Program-made: the position numbers and the translations under genes
Notes under the pieces: model-generated
Database searches by the model: none
Told to the model about the DNA's origin: nothing
What the model saw: the letters and a program-made list of their open reading frames with translations, nothing else
Assembly: GCA_002189035.1 (NCBI GenBank)
Contig: NEEC01000149.1
Coordinates: 1,676 to 65,675 of the forward strand
Reading direction: 5' to 3'
Source: Utricularia gibba
Lineage: Eukaryota; Plantae; Magnoliophyta
Length of the DNA: 64,000 nucleotides
Shown here: one piece after another, positions 25,002 through 39,300 of the stretch
Numbering within the stretch: position 1 is the stretch's first letter
Layout of the letters: each line of letters opens with the position of its first letter

Positions 25002-28000
25002 AGGCGGTCTTGGGGTGCACCTAGAACGGGACAAAGGTCAGGTTTGGCTTGCGCCGAGAGTTAGTTGTAGCACGGCAAATAAAGTGATGTATTTATTAAC
25101 GTTCAGTTTTGGGGGCTGCCTACATGGTTTTTCAAGGAACAGCTTCTCGTTTTGTGGCGGCCAGTCTCGCTGGGAACTTGGTCCTGGACCCCGATTCTGT
25201 ATGGCTCATGAGGTCAACCGGATGGAAATCGATTAAAAAAATGATGCTTTTTAAATTACGATATCACGTGCACCCACATGATTTTTTCAACAACTTACTT
25301 TATACTTGAGGAGGCGGTCTTGGGGTGCACCTAGAACGGGACAAGGTCAGGTTTGGCTTGCGCCGAGAGTTAGTTGTAGCCGGCAAATAAAGTGATGTAT
25401 TTATTAACGTTCAGTTTTGGGGGCTGCCTACATGGTTTTTCAAGGAACAGCTTCTCGTTTTGTGGCGGCCAGTCTCGCTGGGAACTTGGTCCTTGACCCC
25501 GATTCTGTATGGCTCATGAGGTCAACCGGATGCAAATCGATTAAAAAAATGATGCCTTTGTTTAAATTACGATATCACGTGCACCCACATGATTTTTTCA
25601 ACAACTTACTTTATACTTGGGAGGCGGTCTTGGGGTGCACCTAGAACGGGACAAAGGTCAGGTTTGGCTTGCGCGAGAGTTAGTTGTAGCTCGGAAAATA
25701 AGTGATGTATTTATTAACGTTCAGTTTTCGGGGGCTGCCTACATGGTTTTTCAAGAACAGCTTCTCGTTTTGTGGCGGCCAGTCTCGCTGGGAACTTGGT
25801 CCTTGACCCCGATTCTGTATGGCTCATGAGGTCAACCGGATGGAAATCGACTTTTTTATTACTATGTGCAGGAGGAGGCGGTCTTGGGTGCACTAGAACG
25901 GGACAAAGGTCAGGTTTGGCTTGCGCGAGAGTTAGTTGTAGCTCGGAAATAAAGTGATGTATTTATTAACGTTCAGTTTTCGGGGCTGCCTACATGGTTT
26001 TTCAAGGAACAGCTTCTCGTTTTGTGGCGGCCAGTCTCGCTGGGAACTTGGTCCTTGACCCCGATTCTGTATGGCTCATGAGGTCAACCGGATGGAAATC
26101 GATTAAAAAATGATGCCTTTTTAAATTACGATATCACGACCCCACATGATTTTTTCAACAACTTACTTTATACTTGTCTTGGGGTGCACCTAGAACGGGA
26201 CAAAGGTCAGGTTTGGCTTGCGCCGAGAGTTAGTTGTAGCTCGGCAAATAAAGTGATGTATTTATTAACGTTCAGTTTTCGGGGGCTGCCTACATGGTTT
26301 TTCAAGAACAGCTTCTCGTTTGTGGCGGCCAGTCTCGCTGGAAACTTGGTCCTTGACCCCGATTCTGTATGGCTCATGAGGTCAACCGGATGCAAATCGA
26401 TTAAAAAAATGATGCCTTTGTTTAAATTACGATATCACGTGCACCCCACATGATTTTTTTCAACAACTTACTTTATACTTGAGGAGGCGGTCTTGGGGTG
26501 CACCTAGAACGGGACAAAGGTCAGGTTTGGCTTGCGCCGAGAGTTAGTTGTAGCTCGGCAAATAAAGTGATGTATTTATTAACGTTCAGTTTTTGGGGGC
26601 TACCTACATGGTTTTTCAAGAACAGCTTCTCGTTTTGTGGCGGCCAGTCTCGCTGGAACTTGGTCCTTGACCCCGATTCTGTATGGCTCATGAGGTCAAC
26701 CGGATGCAAATTGATTAAAAAAATGATGCCTTTCTTTAAATTACGATATCACGTGCACCCCACATGATTTTTTCAACAACTTACTTTATACTTGAGGAGG
26801 CGGTCTTGGGGTGCACCTAGAACGGGACAAAGGTCAGGTTTGGCTTGCGCCGAGAGTTAGTTGTAGCCGGCAAATAAAGTGATGTATTTATTAACGTTCA
26901 GTTTTCGGGGCTGCCTACATGGTTTTTCAAGGAACAGCTTCTCGTTTGTGGCGGCCAGTCTCGCTGGGAACTTGGTCCTTGACCCCGATTCTGTATGGCT
27001 CATGAGGTCAACCGGATGCAAATCGATTAAAAAAATGATGCCTTTGTTTAAATTACGATATCACGTGCACCCCACATGATTTTTTCAACAACTTACTTTA
27101 TACTTGGGAGGCGGTCTTGGGGTGCACCTAGAACGGGACAAAGGTCAGGTTTGGCTTGCGCCGAGAGTTAGTTGTAGCTCGGAAAATAAAGTGATGTATT
27201 TATTAACGTTCAGTTTTGGGGGCTGCCTACATGGTTTTTCAAGGAACAGCTTCTCGTTTTGTGGCGGCCAGTCTCGCTGGGAACTTGGTCCTTGACCCCG
27301 ATTCTGTATGGCTCATGAGGTCAACCGGATGGAAATTGATTAAAAAAATGATGCCTTTTTTAAATACGATATCACGTGCACCCCACATGATTTTTCAACA
27401 ACTTACTTTATACTTGAGGAGGCGGTCTTGGGGTGCACCTAGAACGGGACAAAGGTCAGGTTTGGCTTGCGCCGAGAGTTAGTTGTAGCTCGGCAAATAA
27501 AGTGATGTATTTATTAACGTTCAGTTTTTGGGGGCTGCCTACATGGTTTTTCAAGAACAGCTTCTCGTTTTGTGGCGGCCAGTCTCGCTGGGAACTTGGT
27601 CCTTGACCCCGATTCTGTATGGCTCATGAGGTCAACCGGATGGAAATTGATTAAAAAAATGATGCCTTTCTTTAAATACGATATCACGTGCACCCCACAT
27701 GATTTTTTCAACAACTTACTTTATACTTGAGGAGGCGGTCTTGGGGTGCACCTAGAACGGGACAAAGGTCAGGTTTGGCTTGCGCCGAGAGTTAGTTGTA
27801 GCCGGCAAATAAAGTGATGTATTTTAACGTTCAGTTTTCGGGGGCTGCCTACATGGTTTTTCAAGGAACAGCTTCTCGTTTTGTGGCGGCCAGTCTCGCT
27901 GGCTTGGTCCTTGACCCCGATTCTGTATGGCTCATGAGGTCAACCGGATGCAAATCGATTAAAAAAATGATGCCTTTGTTTAAATTACGATATCACGTGC

Positions 28001-30220
28001 ACCCCACATGATTTTTTCAACAACTTACTTTATACTTGAGGAGGCGGTCTTGGGTGCACCTAGAACGGGACAAAGGTCAGGTTTGGCTTGCGCCGAGAGT
28101 TAGTTGTAGCTCGGCAAATAAAGTGATGTATTTATTAACGTTCAGTTTTTGGGGGCTGCCTACATGGTTTTCAAGAACAGCTTCTCGTTTTTGTGGCGGC
28201 CAGTCTCGCTGGGAACTTGGTCCTTGACCCCGATTCTGTATGGCTCATGAGGTCAACCGGATGCAAATTGATTAAAAAAATGATGCCTTTCTTTAAATTA
28301 CGATATCACGTGCACCCCACATGATTTTTTCAACAACTTACTTTATACTTGAGGAGGCGGTCTTGGGGTGCACCTAGAACGGGACAAAGGTCAGGTTTGG
28401 CTTGCGCCGAGAGTTAGTTGTACTCGGCAAATAAAGTGATGTATTTATTAACGTTCAGTTTTCGGGGGCTGCCTACATGGTTTTTCAAGGAACAGCTTCT
28501 CGTTTTGTGGCGGCCAGTCTCGCTGGGAACTTGGTCCTTGACCCCGATTCTGTATGGCTCATGAGGTCAACCGGATGCAAATCGATTAAAAAATGATGCC
28601 TTTGTTTAAATTACGATATCACGTGCACCCCACATGATTTTTTCAACAACTTACTTTATACTTGGGAGGCGGTCTTGGGGTGCACCTAGAACGGGACAAA
28701 GGTCAGGTTTGGCTTGCGCCGAGAGTTAGTTGTAGCTCGGAAAATAAAGTGATGTATTTATTAACGTTCAGTTTTCGGGGCTGCCTACATGGTTTTTCAA
28801 GGAACAGCTTCTCGTTTTGTGGCGGCCAGTCTCGCTGGGAACTTGGTCCTTGACCCCGATTATGTATGCTCATGAGGTCAACCGGATGCAAATTGATTAA
28901 AAAATGATGCCTTTGTTTAAATTACGATATCACGTGCACCCCACATGATTTTTTCAACAACTTACTTTATACTTGAGGAGGCGGTCTTGGGGTGCACCTA
29001 GAACGGGACAAAGGTCAGGTTTGGCTTGCGCCGAGAGTTAGTTGTAGCTCGGCAAATAAAGTGATGTATTTATTAACGTTCAGTTTTGGGGGCTGCCTAC
29101 ATGGTTTTTCAAGGAACAGCTTCTCGTTTTTGTGGCGGCCAGTCTCGCTGGGAACTTGGTCCTTGACCCCGATTATGTATGCTCATGAGGTCAACCGGAT
29201 GCAAATTGATTAAAAAAATGATGCCTTTGTTTAAATTACGATATCACGTGCACCCCACATGATTTTTTCAACAACTTACTTTATACTTGAGGAGGCGGTC
29301 TTGGGGTGCACCTAGAACGGGACAAAGGTCAGGTTTGGCTTGCGCCGAGAGTTAGTTGTAGCTCGGAAAATAAAGTGATGTATTTATTAACGTTCAGTTT
29401 TCGGGGGCTGCCTACATGGTTTTTCAAGGAACAGCTTCTCGTTTTGTGGCGGCCAGTCTCGCTGGGAACTTGGTCCTGACCCCGATTCTGTATGGCTCAT
29501 GAGGTCAACCGGATGCAAATCGATTAAAAAAATGATGCCTTTTTTAAATTACGATATCACGTGCACCCCACATGATTTTTTCAACAACTTACTTTATACT
29601 TGAGGAGGCGGTCTTGGGTGCACCTAGAACGGACAAAGGTCAGGTTTGGCTTGCGCCGAGAGTTAGTTGTAGCTCGGAAAATAAAGTGATGTATTAACGT
29701 TCAGTTTTGGGGGCTGCCTACATGGTTTTTCAAGGAACAGCTTCTCGTTTTGTGGCGGCCAGTCTCGCTGGGAACTTGGTCCTTGACCCCGATTCTGTAT
29801 GGCTCATGAGGTCAACCGGAAATCGATTAAAAAAATGATGCCTTTTTAAATTACGATATCACGTGCACCCCACATGATTTTTTCAACAACTTACTTTATA
29901 CTTGAGGAGGCGGTCTTGGGTGCACCTGAACGGGACAAAGGTCAGGTTTGGCTTGCGCCGAGAGTTAGTTGTAGCTCGGAAATAAAGTGATGTATTTATT
30001 AACGTTCAGTTTTTGGGGGCTACCTACATGGTTTTTCAAGGAACAGCTTCTCGTTTTGTGGCGGCCAGTCTCGCTGGGAACTTGGTCCTTGACCCCGATT
30101 ATGTATGCTCATGAGGTCAACCGGATGCAAATTGATTAAAAAAATGATGCCTTTTTAAATTACGATATCACGTGCACCCCACATGATTTTTTCAACAACT
30201 TACTTTATACTTGAGGAGGC

Positions 30221-30330
30221 GGTCAACCGGATGCAAATCGATTAAAAAAATGTTTGTTTAAATTACGATATCACGTGCACCCCACATGATTTTTTCAACA
30301 ACTTACTTTATACTTGAGGAGGCGGTCTTG
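30221..30330. other. Truncated ~108-bp mini-monomer (207-bp deletion at a GGTC microhomology)
   Basis: gaggaggc-GGTC-aaccggatg joins the GGTC of aggcggtcttgg to the GGTC of gaggtcaaccgg. These lie 207 bp apart in the reference monomer (21768 vs 21975). Confidence 0.85.
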
Positions 30331-33300
30331 GGGTGCACCTGGAACGGACAAAGGTCAGGTTTGGCTTGCGCGAGAGTTAGTTGTAGCTCGGAATGTGATG
30401 TATTTATTAACGTTCAGTTTTGGGGGCTGCCTACATGGTTTTTCAAGGAACGTTTTGTGGCGGCCAGTCTCGCTGGGAACTTGGTCCTTGACCCCGATTC
30501 TGTATGGCTCATGAGGTCAACCGGATGCAAATCGATTAAAAAAAATGATGCTTTGTTTAAATTACGATATCACGTGCACCCCACATGATTTTTTCAACAA
30601 CTTTATACTTGAGGAGGCGGTCTTGGGGTGCACCTGGAACGGGACAAAGGTCAGGGCTTTGCGAGAGTTAGTTGTAAAAAAAAGTGATGTATTTATTAAC
30701 GTTCAGTTTTGGGGCTGCCTACATGGTTTTTCAAGGAACAGCTTCTCGTTTTGTGGCGGCCAGTCTCGCTGGAACTTGGTCCCCGATTCTGTATGGCTCA
30801 TGAGGTCAACCGGATGCAAATCGATTAAAAAATGATGCCTTTGTTTAAATTACGATATCACGTGCACCCCACATGATTTTTTCAACAACTTACTTTATAC
30901 TTGAGGAGGCGGTCTTGGGTGCACGGGACAAAGGTCAGGTTTGGCTTGCGCCGAGAGTTAGTTGTAGCCGGAAATAAAGTGATGTATTTATTAACGTTCA
31001 GTTTTGGGGGCTGCCTACATGGTTTTTCAAGGAACAGCTTCTCGTTTTGTGGCGGCCAGTCTCGCTGGGAACTTGGTCCTTGACCCCGATTCTGTATGGC
31101 TCATGAGGTCAACCGGATGCAAATCGATTAAAAAAAATGATGCCTTTGTTTAAATTACGATATCACGTGCACCCCACATGATTTTTTCAACAACTTACTT
31201 TATACTTGAGGAGGCGGTCTTGGGTGCACCTAGAACGGGACAAAGGTCAGGTTTGGCTTGCGCCGAGAGTTAGTTGTAGCTCGGAAATAAAGTGATGTAT
31301 TTATTAACGTTCAGTTTTGGGGCTGCCTACATGGTTTTTCAAGGAACAGCTTCTCGTTTTTGTGGCGGCCAGTCTCGCTGGGAACTTGGTCCTTGACCCC
31401 GATTGTATGCTCATGAGGTCAACCGGATGCAAATCGATTAAAAATGATGCCTTTGTTTAAATTACGATATCACGTGCACCCCACATGATTTTTTCAACAA
31501 CTTACTTTATACTTGAGGAGGCGGTCTTGGGGTGCACCTGGAACGGGACAAAGGTCAGGTTTGGCTTGCGCCGAGAGTTAGTTGTAGCTCGGCAAATAAA
31601 GTGATGTATTTATTAACGTTCAGTTTTGGGGGCTGCCTACATGGTTTTTCAAGGAACAGCTTCTCGTTTTGTGGCGGCCAGTCTCGCTGGGAACTTGGTC
31701 CTTGACCCCGATTCTGTATGGCTCATGAGGTCAACCGGATGCAAATCGATTAAAAAAATGATGCCTTTTGTTTAAATTACGATATCACGTGCACCCCACA
31801 TGATTTTTTCAACAACTTACTTTATACTTGAGGAGTCTTGGGGGCACGGAACGGGACAAAGGTCAGGTTTGGCTTGCGCCGAGAGTTAGTTGTAGCTCGG
31901 CAAATAAAGTGATGTATTTATTAACGTTCAGTTTTCGGGGGCTGCCTACATGGTTTTTCAAGGAACAGCTTCTCGTTTTGTGGCGGCCAGTCTCGCTGGG
32001 AACTTGGTCCTTGACCCGATTCTGTATGGCTCATGAGGTCAACCGGATGCAAATCGATTAAAAAAATGATGCTTTGTTTAAATTACGATATCACGTGCAC
32101 CCACATGATTTTTTCAACAACTTACTTTATACTTGAGGAGGGTCTTGGGGTGCACAGAACGGGACAAAGGTCAGGTTTGGCTTGCGCCGAGAGTTAGTTG
32201 TAGCTCGGCAAAAAAGTGATGTATTTATTAACGTTCAGTTTTCGGGGGCTGCCTACATGGTTTTTCAAGGAACAGCTTCTCGTTTTGTGGCGGCCAGTCT
32301 CGCTGGAACTTGGTCCCCCCGATTCTGTATGGCTCATGAGGTCAACCGGATGCAAATCGATTAAAAAATGATGCTTTGTTTAAATTACGATATCACGTGC
32401 ACCCCACATGATTTTTTCAACAACTTACTTTATACTTGAGGAGGCGGTCTTGGGGTGCACCTGGAACGGGACAAAGGTCAGGTTTGGCTTGCGCCGAGAG
32501 TTAGTTGTAGCCGGCAAATAAAGTGATGTATTTATTAACGTTCAGTTTTGGGGGCTGCCTACATGGTTTTTCAAGGAACAGCTTCTCGTTTTGTGGCGGC
32601 CAGTCTCGCTGGAACTTGGTCCTTGACCCCGATTCTGTATGGCTCATGAGGTCAACCGGATGGAAATCGATTAAAAAAATGATGCCTTTGTTTAAATTAC
32701 GATATCACGTGCACCCACATGATTTTTTCAACAACTTACTTTATACTTGAGGAGGCGGTCTTGGGGTGCACCTAAACGGGACAAAGGTCAGGTTTGGCTT
32801 GCGCCGAGAGTTAGTTGTAGCGGCAAATAAAGTGATGTATTTATTAACGTTCAGTTTTCGGGGGCTGCCTACATGGTTTTTCAAGGAACAGCTTCTCGTT
32901 TTGTGGCGGCCAGTCTCGCTGGGAACTTGGTCCTTGACCCCGATTCTGTATGGCTCATGAGGTCAACCGGATGCAAATCGATTAAAAAAAATGATGCTTT
33001 TGTTTAAATTACGATATCACGTGCACCCCACATGATTTTTTCAACAACTTACTTTATACTTGAGGAGGCGGTCTTGGGGTGCACCTAGAACGGGACAAAG
33101 GTCAGGTTTGGCTTGCGCCGAGAGTTAGTTGTAGCTCGGCAAATAAAGTGATGTATTTATTAACGTTCAGTTTTGGGGGCTGCCTACATGGTTTTTCAAG
33201 GAACAGCTTCTCGTTTTGTGGCGGCCAGTCTCGCTGGGAACTTGGTCCTTGACCCGATTCTGTATGGCTCATGAGGTCAACCGGATGAAATCGATTAAAG

Positions 33301-36300
33301 AAATGATGCCTTTGTTTAAATTACGATATCACGTGCACCCCACATGATTTTTTCAACAACTTACTTTATACTTGAGGAGGCGGTCTTGGGTGCACCTAGA
33401 ACGGGACAAAGGTCAGGTTTGGCTTGCGCCGAGAGTTAGTTGTACCGGCAAATAAAGTGATGTATTTATTAACGTTCAGTTTTCGGGGGCTGCCTACATG
33501 GTTTTTCAAGGAACAGCTTCTCGTTTTGTGGCGGCCAGTCTCGCTGGGAACTTGGTCCTTGACCCCGATTCTGTATGGCTCATGAGGTCAACCGGATGCA
33601 AATCGATTAAAAAAATGATGCCTTTGTTTAAATTACGATATCACGTGCACCCCACATGATTTTTTCAACAACTTACTTTATACTTGAGGAGGCGGTCTTG
33701 GGGTGCACCTAGAACGGGACAAAGGTCAGGTTTGGCTTGCGCCGAGAGTTAGTTGTAGCTCGGCAAATAAAGTGATGTATTTATTAACGTTCAGTTTTTG
33801 GGGGCTGCCTACATGGTTTTTCAAGAACAGCTTCTCGTTTTGTGGCGGCCAGTCTCGCTGGGAACTTGGTCCTTGACCCCGATTCTGTATGGCTCATGAG
33901 GTCAACCGGATGGAAATCGATTAAAAAAATGATGCCTTTTTTTAAATTACGATATCACGTGCACCCCACATGATTTTTCAACAACTTACTTTATACTTGA
34001 GGAGGCGGTCTTGGGGTGCACCTAGAACGGGACAAAGGTCAGGTTTGGCTTGCGCCGAGAGTTAGTTGCCGGCAAATAAAGTGATGTATTTATTAACGTT
34101 CAGTTTTCGGGGCTGCCTACATGGTTTTTCAAGGAACAGCTTCTCGTTTTGTGGCGGCCAGTCTCGCTGGAACTTGGTCCTTGACCCCGATTCTGTATGG
34201 CTCATGAGGTCAACCGGATGCAAATCGATTAAAAAAAATGATGCCTTTGTTTAAATTACGATATCACGTGCACCCCACATGATTTTTTCAACAACTTACT
34301 TTATACTTGGGAGGCGGTCTTGGGGTGCACCTAGAACGGGACAAAGGTCAGGTTTGGCTTGCGCCGAGAGTTAGTTGTAGCTCGGCAAATAAAGTGATGT
34401 ATTTATTAACGTTCAGTTTTTGGGGGCTGCCTACATGGTTTTTCAAGGAACAGCTTCTCGTTTTGTGGCGGCCAGTCTCGCTGGGAACTTGGTCCTTGAC
34501 CCCGATTCTGTATGGCTCATGAGGTCAACCGGATGCAAATCGATTAAAAAAATGATGCCTTTGTTTAAATTACGATATCACGTGCACCCCACATGATTTT
34601 TTCAACAACTTACTTTATACTTGAGGAGGCGGTCTTGGGTGCACCTGAACGGGACAAAGGTCAGGTTTGGCTTGCGCCGAGAGTTAGTTGTAGCTCGGCA
34701 AATAAAGTGATGTATTTATTAACGTTCAGTTTTGGGGGCTGCCTACATGGTTTTTCAAGGAACAGCTTCTCGTTTTGTGGCGGCCAGTCTCGCTGGGAAC
34801 TTGGTCCTTGACCCCGATTCTGTATGGCTCATGAGGTCAACCGGATGCAAATCGATTAAAAAAATGATGCCTTTGTTTAAATTACGATATCACGTGCACC
34901 CACATGATTTTTTCAACAACTTACTTTATACTTGAGGGCGGTCTTGGGGTGCACCTAGAACGGGACAAAGGTCAGGTTTGGCTTGCGCCGAGAGTTAGTT
35001 GTAGCTCGGAAAATAAAGTGATGTATTTATTAACGTTCAGTTTTCGGGGCTGCCTACATGGTTTTTCAAGGAACAGCTTCTCGTTTTGTGGCGGCCAGTC
35101 TCGCTGGGAACTTGGTCCTTGACCCCGATTCTGTATGGCTCATGAGGTCAACCGGATGCAAATCGATTAAAAAAAATGATGCCTTTGTTTAAATTACGAT
35201 ATCACGTGCACCCCACATGATTTTTTCAACAACTTACTTTATACTTGAGGAGGCGGTCTTGGGTGCACCTAGAACGGGACAAAGGTCAGGTTTGGCTTGC
35301 GCCGAGAGTTAGTTGTAGCTCGGAAAATAAAGTGATGTATTTATTAACGTTCAGTTTTCGGGGGCTGCCTACATGGTTTTTCAAGGAACAGCTTCTCGTT
35401 TTGTGGCGGCCAGTCTCGCTGGGAACTTGGTCCTTGACCCGATTCTGTATGGCTCATGAGGTCAACCGGATGCAAATCGATTAAAAAATGATGCCTTTGT
35501 TTAAATTACGATATCACGTGCACCCCACATGATTTTTTCAACAACTTACTTTATACTTGAGGAGGCGGTCTTGGGGTGCACCTAGAACGGGACAAAGGTC
35601 AGGTTTGGCTTGCGCCGAGAGTTAGTTGTAGCTCGGCAAATAAAGTGATGTATTTATTAACGTTCAGTTTTGGGGGCTGCCTACATGGTTTTTCAAGGAA
35701 CAGCTTCTCGTTTTGTGGCGGCCAGTCTCGCTGGGAACTTGGTCCTTGACCCCGATTCTGTATGGCTCATGAGGTCAACCGGATGCAAATGATTAAAAAA
35801 AATGATGCCTTTGTTTAAATTACGATATCACGTGCACCCCACATGATTTTTTCAACAACTTACTTTATACTTGAGGAGGCGGTCTTGGGGTGCACCTAGA
35901 ACGGGACAAAGGTCAGGTTTGGCTTGCGCGAGAGTTAGTTGTAGCCGGCAAATAAAGTGATGTATTTATTAACGTTCAGTTTTGGGGGCTGCCTACATGG
36001 TTTTTCAAGGAACAGCTTCTCGTTTTGTGGCGGCCAGTCTCGCTGGGAACTTGGTCCTTGACCCCGATTCTGTATGGCTCATGAGGTCAACCGGATGCAA
36101 ATCGATTAAAAAAAATGATGCCTTTGTTTAAATTACGATATCACGTGCACCCCACATGATTTTTTCAACAACTTACTTTATACTTGGGAGGCGGTCTTGG
36201 GGTGCACCTAGAACGGGACAAAGGTCAGGTTTGGCTTGCGCCGAGAGTTAGTTGTAGCTCGGCAAATAAAGTGATGTATTTATTAACGTTCAGTTTTGGG

Positions 36301-39300
36301 GGCTGCCTACATGGTTTTTCAAGAACAGCTTCTCGTTTTGTGGCGGCCAGTCTCGCTGGGAACTTGGTCCTTGACCCCGATTCTGTATGGCTCATGAGGT
36401 CAACCGGATGCAAATCGATTAAAAAAATGATGCTTTGTTTAAATTACGATATCACGTGCACCCCACATGATTTTTTCAACAACTTACTTTATACTTGAGG
36501 AGGCGGTCTTGGGGTGCACCTAGAACGGGACAAAGGTCAGGTTTGGCTTGCGCCGAGAGTTAGTTGTAGCTCGGCAAATAAAGTGATGTATTTATTAACG
36601 TTCAGTTTTCGGGGCTGCCTACATGGTTTTTCAAGGAACAGCTTCTCGTTTTGTGGCGGCCAGTCTCGCTGGGAACTTGGTCCTTGACCCCGATTCTGTA
36701 TGGCTCATGAGGTCAACCGGATGCAAATCGATTAAAGAAAATGATGCCTTTGTTTAAATTACGATATCACGTGCACCCACATGATTTTTTCAACAACTTA
36801 CTTTATACTTGAGGAGGCGGTCTTGGGGTGCACCTGAACGGGACAAAGGTCAGGTTTGGCTTGCGCCGAGAGTTAGTTGTAGCTCGGAAAATAAAGTGAT
36901 GTATTTATTAACGTTCAGTTTTCGGGGGCCTACATGGTTTTTCAAGGAACAGCTTCTCGTTTTGTGGCGGCCAGTCTCGCTGGGAACTTGGTCCTTGACC
37001 CCGATTCTGTATGGCTCATGAGGTCAACCGGATGCAAATCGATTAAAAAAAATGATGCCTTTGTTTAAATTACGATATCACGTGCACCCCACATGATTTT
37101 TTCAACAACTTACTTTATACTTGAGGAGGCGGTCTTGGGGTGCACCTGAACGGGACAAAGGTCAGGTTTGGCTTGCGCCGAGAGTTAGTTGTAGCTCGGA
37201 AAATAAAGTGATGTATTTATTAACGTTCAGTTTTCGGGGCTGCCCTACATGGTTTTTCAAGGAACAGCTTCGTGGCGGCCAGTCTCGCTGGGAACTTGGT
37301 CCTTGACCCCGATTGTATGGCTCATGAGGTCAACCGGATGCAAATTGATTAAAAAAATGATGCTTTTGTTAAATTACGATATCACGTGCACCCCACATGA
37401 TTTTTTCAACAACTTACTTTATACTTGAGGAGGCGGTCTTGGGGTGCACCTGAACGGGACAAAGGTCAGGTTTGGCTTGCGCCGAGAGTTAGTTGTAGCG
37501 GCAAATAAAGTGATGTATTTATTAACGTTCAGTTTTTGGGGGCTGCCTACATGGTTTTTCAAGGAACAGCTTCTCGTTTTGTGGCGGCCAGTCTCGCTGG
37601 GAACTTGGTCCTTGACCCCGATTCTGTATGGCTCATGAGGTCAACCGGATGCAAATCGATTAAAAAAATGATGCCTTTGTTTAAATTACGATATCACGTG
37701 CACCCCATGATTTTTTCAACAACTTTTATACTTGAGGAGGCGGTCTTGGGGTGCACCTAGAACGGGACAAAGGTCAGGTTTGGCTTGCGCCGAGAGTTAG
37801 TTGTAGCTCGGCAAATAAAGTGATGTATTTATTAACGTTCAGTTTTGGGGGCTGCCTACATGGTTTTTCAAGGAACAGCTTCTCGTTTTGTGGCGGCCAG
37901 TCTCGCTGGGAACTTGGTCCTTGACCCCGATTCTGTATGGCTCATGAGGTCAACCGGATGCAAATCGATTAAAAAAATGATGCCTTTGTTTAAATTACGA
38001 TATCACGTGCACCCCACATGATTTTTTCAACAACTTACTTTATACTTGGGAGGCGGTCTTGGGGTGCACCTAGAACGGGACAAAGGTCAGGTTTGGCTTG
38101 CGCCGAGAGTTAGTTGTAGCTCGGCAAAAAAGTGATGTATTTATTAACGTTCAGTTTTGGGGGCTGCCTACATGGTTTTTCAAGGAACAGCTTCTCGTTT
38201 TGTGGCGGCCAGTCTCGCTGGGAACTTGGTCCTTGACCCCGATTCTGTATGGCTCATGAGGTCAACCGGATGGAAATCGATTAAAAAAATGATGCCTTTC
38301 TTTAAATTACGATATCACGTGCACCCCACATGATTTTTTCAACAACTTACTTTATACTTGAGGAGGCGGTCTTGGGGTGCACCTAGAACGGGACAAAGGT
38401 CAGGTTTGGCTTGCGCCGAGAGTTAGTTGTAGCGGCAAATAAAGTGATGTATTTATTAACGTTCAGTTTTCGGGGGCTGCCTACATGGTTTTTCAAGGAA
38501 CAGCTTCTCGTTTTGTGGCGGCCAGTCTCGCTGGGAACTTGGTCCTTGACCCCGATTCTGTATGGCTCATGAGGTCAACCGGATGCAAATCGATTAAAAA
38601 AATGATGCCTTTGTTTAAATTACGATATCACGTGCACCCCACATGATTTTTTCAACAACTTACTTTATACTTGAGGAGGCGGTCTTGGGGTGCACCTAGA
38701 ACGGGACAAAGGTCAGGTTTGGCTTGCGCCGAGAGTTAGTTGTAGCTCGGCAAAAAAGTGATGTATTTATTAACGTTCAGTTTTCGGGGGCTGCCTACAT
38801 GGTTTTTCAAGGAACAGCTTCTCGTTTTGTGGCGGCCAGTCTCGCTGGGAACTTGGTCCTTGACCCCGATTCTGTATGGCTCATGAGGTCAACCGGATGC
38901 AAATCGATTAAAAAAATGATGCCTTTGTTTAAATTACGATATCACGTGCACCCCACATGATTTTTTCAACAACTTACTTTATACTTGAGGAGGCGGTCTT
39001 GGGGTGCACCTAGAACGGGACAAAGGTCAGGTTTGGCTTGCGCCGAGAGTTAGTTGTAGCTCGAAAATAAAGTGATGTATTTATTAACGTTCAGTTTTTG
39101 GGGCTGCCTACATGGTTTTTCAAGGAACAGCTTCTCGTTTTGTGGCGGCCAGTCTCGCTGGGAACTTGGTCCTTGACCCGATTCTGTATGGCTCATGAGG
39201 TCAACCGGATGCAAATCGATTAAAAAAAATGATGCCTTTTGTTTAAATTACGATATCACGTGCACCCCACATGATTTTTTCAACAACTTACTTTATACTT

